Source of the DNA: Bacillus phage PBS1
Sequence record: MF360957.1
Length of the DNA: 40,000 nt
Strand: one strand, 5' to 3'
The first letter of the stretch is position 1, and each line of letters opens with the position of its first letter. The translations under genes were made by a program, and so were the position numbers. Shown in pieces: positions 36,719 through 40,000 of this stretch. The notes below the pieces were generated by a model. The model saw only the letters and a list, made by a program, of their open reading frames with translations. It made no database searches and was not told where the DNA came from.

Positions 36719-37429
36719 ATGAAATTAACAGAAATTAAAAAAGAAGATAAAATTATATTGGTTGAAAAATGCAAAGAATTACTTAATCTAAAAGATGCTA
36801 AGCTCCCAGATGAATATTATTATTCCAGTCTTCCTTTATGTGTAATTGATTCTATCTTTTCTATTAATTCTAATTATACTAGTGTAAAGAATGTAATTAA
36901 GCGTTATTGCACTTATTTTAATATTAACCCATTAAGAGAAAGTAGTTCATTCCCTAGTACATCTAATCAGTTATCTGTAAAAAGTTTTATTGATTCTTAT
37001 GAAAAAATAGGGGTAGATTTTTACACTCAAAAAATCTTTAATAATAGACAACGAACTTCAGCAGTTAATGGAATATTAAAATCTGAAGCTGTTTATGAGT
37101 TTTGTAAAGTTCTAAATAAGTATAATATTAATTATTTTCAAGATGTAAAAAACATATATGGTAATAAGGAATTTGAAAAAGATATTAGACGTATTAAGGG
37201 TCAAGGAAAAGGGGTTTCGTTATTATACTTCCTTATGCTTTCTGGTGAAGAAGATAAAATAAAACCAGATAGAATGATAATTCGCTTTCTTGAAGAGATC
37301 CTTCAAAGAAAGATTAATATAGATGAATCACAGATATTACTTAAAGAGGCATCATTAATACTATCAAAAGAATATCCAAATCTGAGTCCAAGATTACTGG
37401 ACTATGTTATTTGGGAATATACTAGGTGA
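36719..37429 (+). CDS. hypothetical protein, possible helix-hairpin-helix glycosylase-like fold
   Basis: IKGQGKGVSLLYFLMLSGEEDKIKPDRMIIRFLEEIL resembles HhH-GxG...PDxxVxRF layout; low certainty. Confidence 0.4.
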   Translation: MKLTEIKKEDKIILVEKCKELLNLKDAKLPDEYYYSSLPLCVIDSIFSINSNYTSVKNVIKRYCTYFNINPLRESSSFPSTSNQLSVKSFIDSYEKIGVDFYTQKIFNNRQRTSAVNGILKSEAVYEFCKVLNKYNINYFQDVKNIYGNKEFEKDIRRIKGQGKGVSLLYFLMLSGEEDKIKPDRMIIRFLEEILQRKINIDESQILLKEASLILSKEYPNLSPRLLDYVIWEYTR

Positions 37430-37436
37430 AATTAAA

Positions 37437-37468
37437 AACCATAATCTCACTATGGTTTTTAATATAAA
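37437..37468 (+). terminator. hairpin terminator
   Basis: aaaaaccata-atctcac-tatggtttttaat. Confidence 0.7.
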
Positions 37469-37498
37469 TTTTAATAATTATAGAAAGAGGAGATTTAG

Positions 37499-37795
37499 AT
37501 GTACAAAAACGCAAAAGATCTAAGAGCAGTAGCACTCAAAAAATTAGACTTAAGATTGAATGAGATTATTGATGAATTTATTTTTCCTGCTTTGAATGAT
37601 GCCGCTGATAAAGGAAAAATGTCAATAAAGTTTTCTAAAAATAATTACTATGATTTCTTAAAAGACAGTGATGATTATGAAAAATTTCAATTAATTTTTG
37701 AAAATCAAAAATTATTTAAAGAGAAACTTTCTGAATTTGGTTTAACCTTTATAGATGATTCAACATCAAATTCTATCACGGTCTCTTGGCAATAA
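37499..37795 (+). CDS. hypothetical protein
   Basis: 98 aa ORF. Confidence 0.65.
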   Translation: MYKNAKDLRAVALKKLDLRLNEIIDEFIFPALNDAADKGKMSIKFSKNNYYDFLKDSDDYEKFQLIFENQKLFKEKLSEFGLTFIDDSTSNSITVSWQ

Positions 37796-37798
37796 ATT

Positions 37799-37838
37799 AA
37801 AAGACATTATAAGGGAATTCCCTTATAATGTCTTTTCC
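37799..37838. terminator. bidirectional hairpin terminator between convergent genes
   Basis: aaagacattataagggaattcccttataatgtctttt. Confidence 0.88.
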
Positions 37839-38530
37839 TAATAGATATATAATTTTTTTCTATTTGCTTGTTTTGCTACATTCTGTCTCCACTTATCTAA
37901 TAACTCTTGTTTTCTATCTGTTGCTTCTTGTAATTCATCCACAAATAATTCAATATTACCAAATGCAGTTTGGAGGTTTGCAAACCGTTTTCTAATTTGA
38001 TATAATACTTCTTTCGTGTCGTATAATGCTAATTTTAGAAATTCAGTTTGAAGGTTAGTTGGAATTGTACCAAAATGATCTGGATGGACAACATTTAATA
38101 AAAGCTTTGTTTTTCTAATAGTATATAAAGCAGGGGTTATAGTAATAATATTTGGATAAGTAAATTGGTAAGTCATTGGATTCCTATTCATAGATGATAA
38201 GTCAGCTTGAATCTGCCTACTTACAGGATCAATCATATTATTACTATAAGGTACTAATTCTGCACCAAAGTATCTAGTTGTATTATCATACATTCTTGCT
38301 ACGTTTAATATATTATAATCAGTATTAATATAATATTGATTTCCAGTTCCTTCAACTTTATCTTCATTTGATATAATAGCTTCAACTTGATAAGGGAAAA
38401 AATTACTAAATGTAACTAATGTTTCTTCTTTAATATTATCAATAATTTCATCTGGATCCATTTCAAGTTCATTAAACTTATAACCTAATTTTTTTTCTAT
38501 GAACCGAAGGATATAGGTACTAGATAACAT
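37838..38530 (-). CDS. hypothetical protein, probable virion/neck component from its position downstream of the protease
   Basis: 230 aa ORF; function inferred from neighbourhood only. Confidence 0.5.
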   Translation of the reverse strand: MLSSTYILRFIEKKLGYKFNELEMDPDEIIDNIKEETLVTFSNFFPYQVEAIISNEDKVEGTGNQYYINTDYNILNVARMYDNTTRYFGAELVPYSNNMIDPVSRQIQADLSSMNRNPMTYQFTYPNIITITPALYTIRKTKLLLNVVHPDHFGTIPTNLQTEFLKLALYDTKEVLYQIRKRFANLQTAFGNIELFVDELQEATDRKQELLDKWRQNVAKQANRKKLYIY

Positions 38531-38596
38531 ATTATCAACCCTCTCTATTATTAACTGGTAGAACTAATAAAGTCTACATCCTTCTTAGGAATATCT

Positions 38597-38794
38597 TCAA
38601 TTTTTTGAATAACGTTTACTCATAGCTCTATGAGTATAACAATAATATTCTCCATCTTTATTTTTAGCAAAACTACATTCAGTTTTTCCAAATTTATTTT
38701 CAATATATTCCTTCTCTTTTGGAGTCAAAGGAATATGCTGAATTGCTTCAATTAATAATAAACTTTCACAAATCATCTTATACTTTTTATTCAT
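38597..38794 (-). CDS. hypothetical protein
   Basis: 65 aa ORF with SD ggaggg upstream. Confidence 0.55.
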   Translation of the reverse strand: MNKKYKMICESLLLIEAIQHIPLTPKEKEYIENKFGKTECSFAKNKDGEYYCYTHRAMSKRYSKN

Positions 38795-38813
38795 AATGCC
38801 CTCCTATAATTTA

Positions 38814-38841
38814 ATATGGTTACTCTATAATTAGAGTAACC
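38814..38841 (-). terminator. hairpin terminator or attenuator
   Basis: ggttactcta-taatt-agagtaacc. Confidence 0.6.
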
Positions 38842-38848
38842 ACTTATT

Positions 38849-39427
38849 TTAAAATTGAATTAAAAGGAAATTATCAATTTCTTTTTTAATTTCATCTTCA
38901 ATAAATAAAACAGCTTTACCATCTTCAGTATTGAAGCTAACTGTTTTACCATCTTCACCTAATTTGGCAGTTCTTTCATCTAAACCAAGATGATCAACTG
39001 TTGTTTTAATATTTTGACTCTCTTCCTTAATGTAATTAAGGATTTCATCTTGAGCCACTGACACCATTAGACCTTCATTAAGAATTCTCTTATTCATAGG
39101 ATGAATAGCATCTTCTTTAATAATATTTGTCTGATAAGCATTAGAATGAGAAGGGAAGATTACCCAATCCCAAGTAACAATGTGAAGAGGTTTTTCAACT
39201 CGTGTTAGTCCATTCACTTTACGAGTAACACCACCAAGACCTCTCATTGAAAATGCTACTTCAGTACCTTGTCTAATTAAACCTTCCATATCTTTACCAA
39301 CAGCAGTGTTAGTAGTTGCTACCACACCTTTTAGTAATTTTTGTTCCCACCATAATTTCTCAATAACATGAGACATTCTAGTTTGATCAATGTACGTTTG
39401 TCTTTCCATTTTATCCGAAAGAGGGTG
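38849..39427 (-). CDS. prohead protease, exon 2
   Basis: HPLSDKMERQTYIDQTRMSHVIEKLWWEQKLLKGVVATTNTAVGKDMEGLIRQGTEVAFSMRGLG is typical of phage prohead proteases; the TTG at 39430 is intron sequence. Confidence 0.85.
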   Translation of the reverse strand, partial: HPLSDKMERQTYIDQTRMSHVIEKLWWEQKLLKGVVATTNTAVGKDMEGLIRQGTEVAFSMRGLGGVTRKVNGLTRVEKPLHIVTWDWVIFPSHSNAYQTNIIKEDAIHPMNKRILNEGLMVSVAQDEILNYIKEESQNIKTTVDHLGLDERTAKLGEDGKTVSFNTEDGKAVLFIEDEIKKEIDNFLLIQF

Positions 39428-39772
39428 CAAATATCTTCATATGGATTCGCTACTTCCATACCGTTCTCTTATGAACTGCTCTAAGTTTCCCTAGAGTTGA
39501 GACTATATCAAGTTCTTCAGCATTACTGTTAAGAACCTCTCTATTTCCACTATGCTTATAGTGTACTCCCATTTGGGATAGTCGTTGAACTCCATTGGTA
39601 AATATATGTACAAATATTATTAACCAATAAAGCTGCTGATTGTCCAATCTTATTAGTTCTTATAACCTTCACGCTCACTGTTACCAGTCACGTTGTGGTC
39701 TAATAAGCTCTAAGGAGTTTCCAGCAATTAAGAGAGTTTAGACATAGTATTTCTACTATGAATGGCAACCCT
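39428..39772 (-). ncRNA. ORF-less group I intron (345 nt) in the prohead protease gene
   Basis: gttcaacgactatc (39590-39577) and tgatatagtctc (39510-39499) on the minus strand; P1 GGCUGGU with GCCAUUC; splicing gives GEAG|HPLSDK. Confidence 0.88.
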
Positions 39773-40000
39773 ACCAGCCTCTCCGAACAATGATTTACGT
39801 CTTAACTTTTCTTGAATTTGAGGAGAACGAATAGCACCATCTAATGCTTCAAATGCATATTCCCTTCTATTTCTATTACCAGCTTCTGCCTCTTGAAGAA
39901 TAGCTTCAATTACAACATTATCTTTATTATGCTCAATAATATTAGGTTTAACTGGTTCTGATGTAGATTCAATAATTAGAAAACCACAATTTTGATCCAT
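39773..40000 (-). CDS. prohead protease, exon 1 (start at window edge)
   Basis: NRNRREYAFEALDGAIRSPQIQEKLRRKSLFGEAG; ATG is the last codon in the window so the start may lie upstream. Confidence 0.82.

Noticed and set aside
39450-39647. 65-aa minus-strand ORF
   Set aside because: Lies fully inside the 345-nt group I intron and spans its conserved core; not a homing endonuclease.
39728-39774. C-terminal residues RVAIHSRNTMSKLS of supplied ORF 39728-40000
   Set aside because: Intron sequence; includes the perfect hairpin catagta-gaaa-tactatg, and the family motif is completed only by joining GEAG to HP.
1-40000. CRISPR array or tRNA genes
   Set aside because: No regularly spaced direct repeats and no T-loop/acceptor patterns recognised by eye; a tRNAscan-SE run would be needed to exclude tRNAs formally.

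Overview
This 40 kb, AT-rich, densely coded window looks like part of a large lytic phage infecting a Firmicute. Genes run in compact blocks separated by convergent hairpin terminators. Recognisable genes: poly-gamma-glutamate hydrolase, VWA-domain protein, Nudix hydrolase, PIN-PhoH ATPase, holin-like protein, AAA+ ATPase, RecA-like ATPase, macro-domain protein, NAD-dependent DNA ligase, HU-like protein, and a prohead protease. The main observations are: (1) a phage multisubunit RNA polymerase beta subunit split into two distant ORFs, with the C-terminal half (23189-25186) lying before the N-terminal half (33703-35193); (2) a third gene that joins an HD-domain N-terminus to an RpoB-C-terminus-like domain and is interrupted by two group I introns, each with a homing-endonuclease ORF, leaving a 36-codon exon between them; (3) an ORF-less 345-nt group I intron in the prohead protease gene, sharing 102 identical nt with intron 2 on the opposite strand; (4) a recurring AACA-N6-T(A/T) element upstream of genes, which resembles my recollection of the phage AR9 non-virion RNAP promoter; and (5) a nested leader RNA fold that pairs with the Shine-Dalgarno sequence of the RecA-like gene. 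No tRNAs or CRISPR arrays were recognised. All calls were made by eye from sequence and the supplied ORFs; no searches or folding programs were run.
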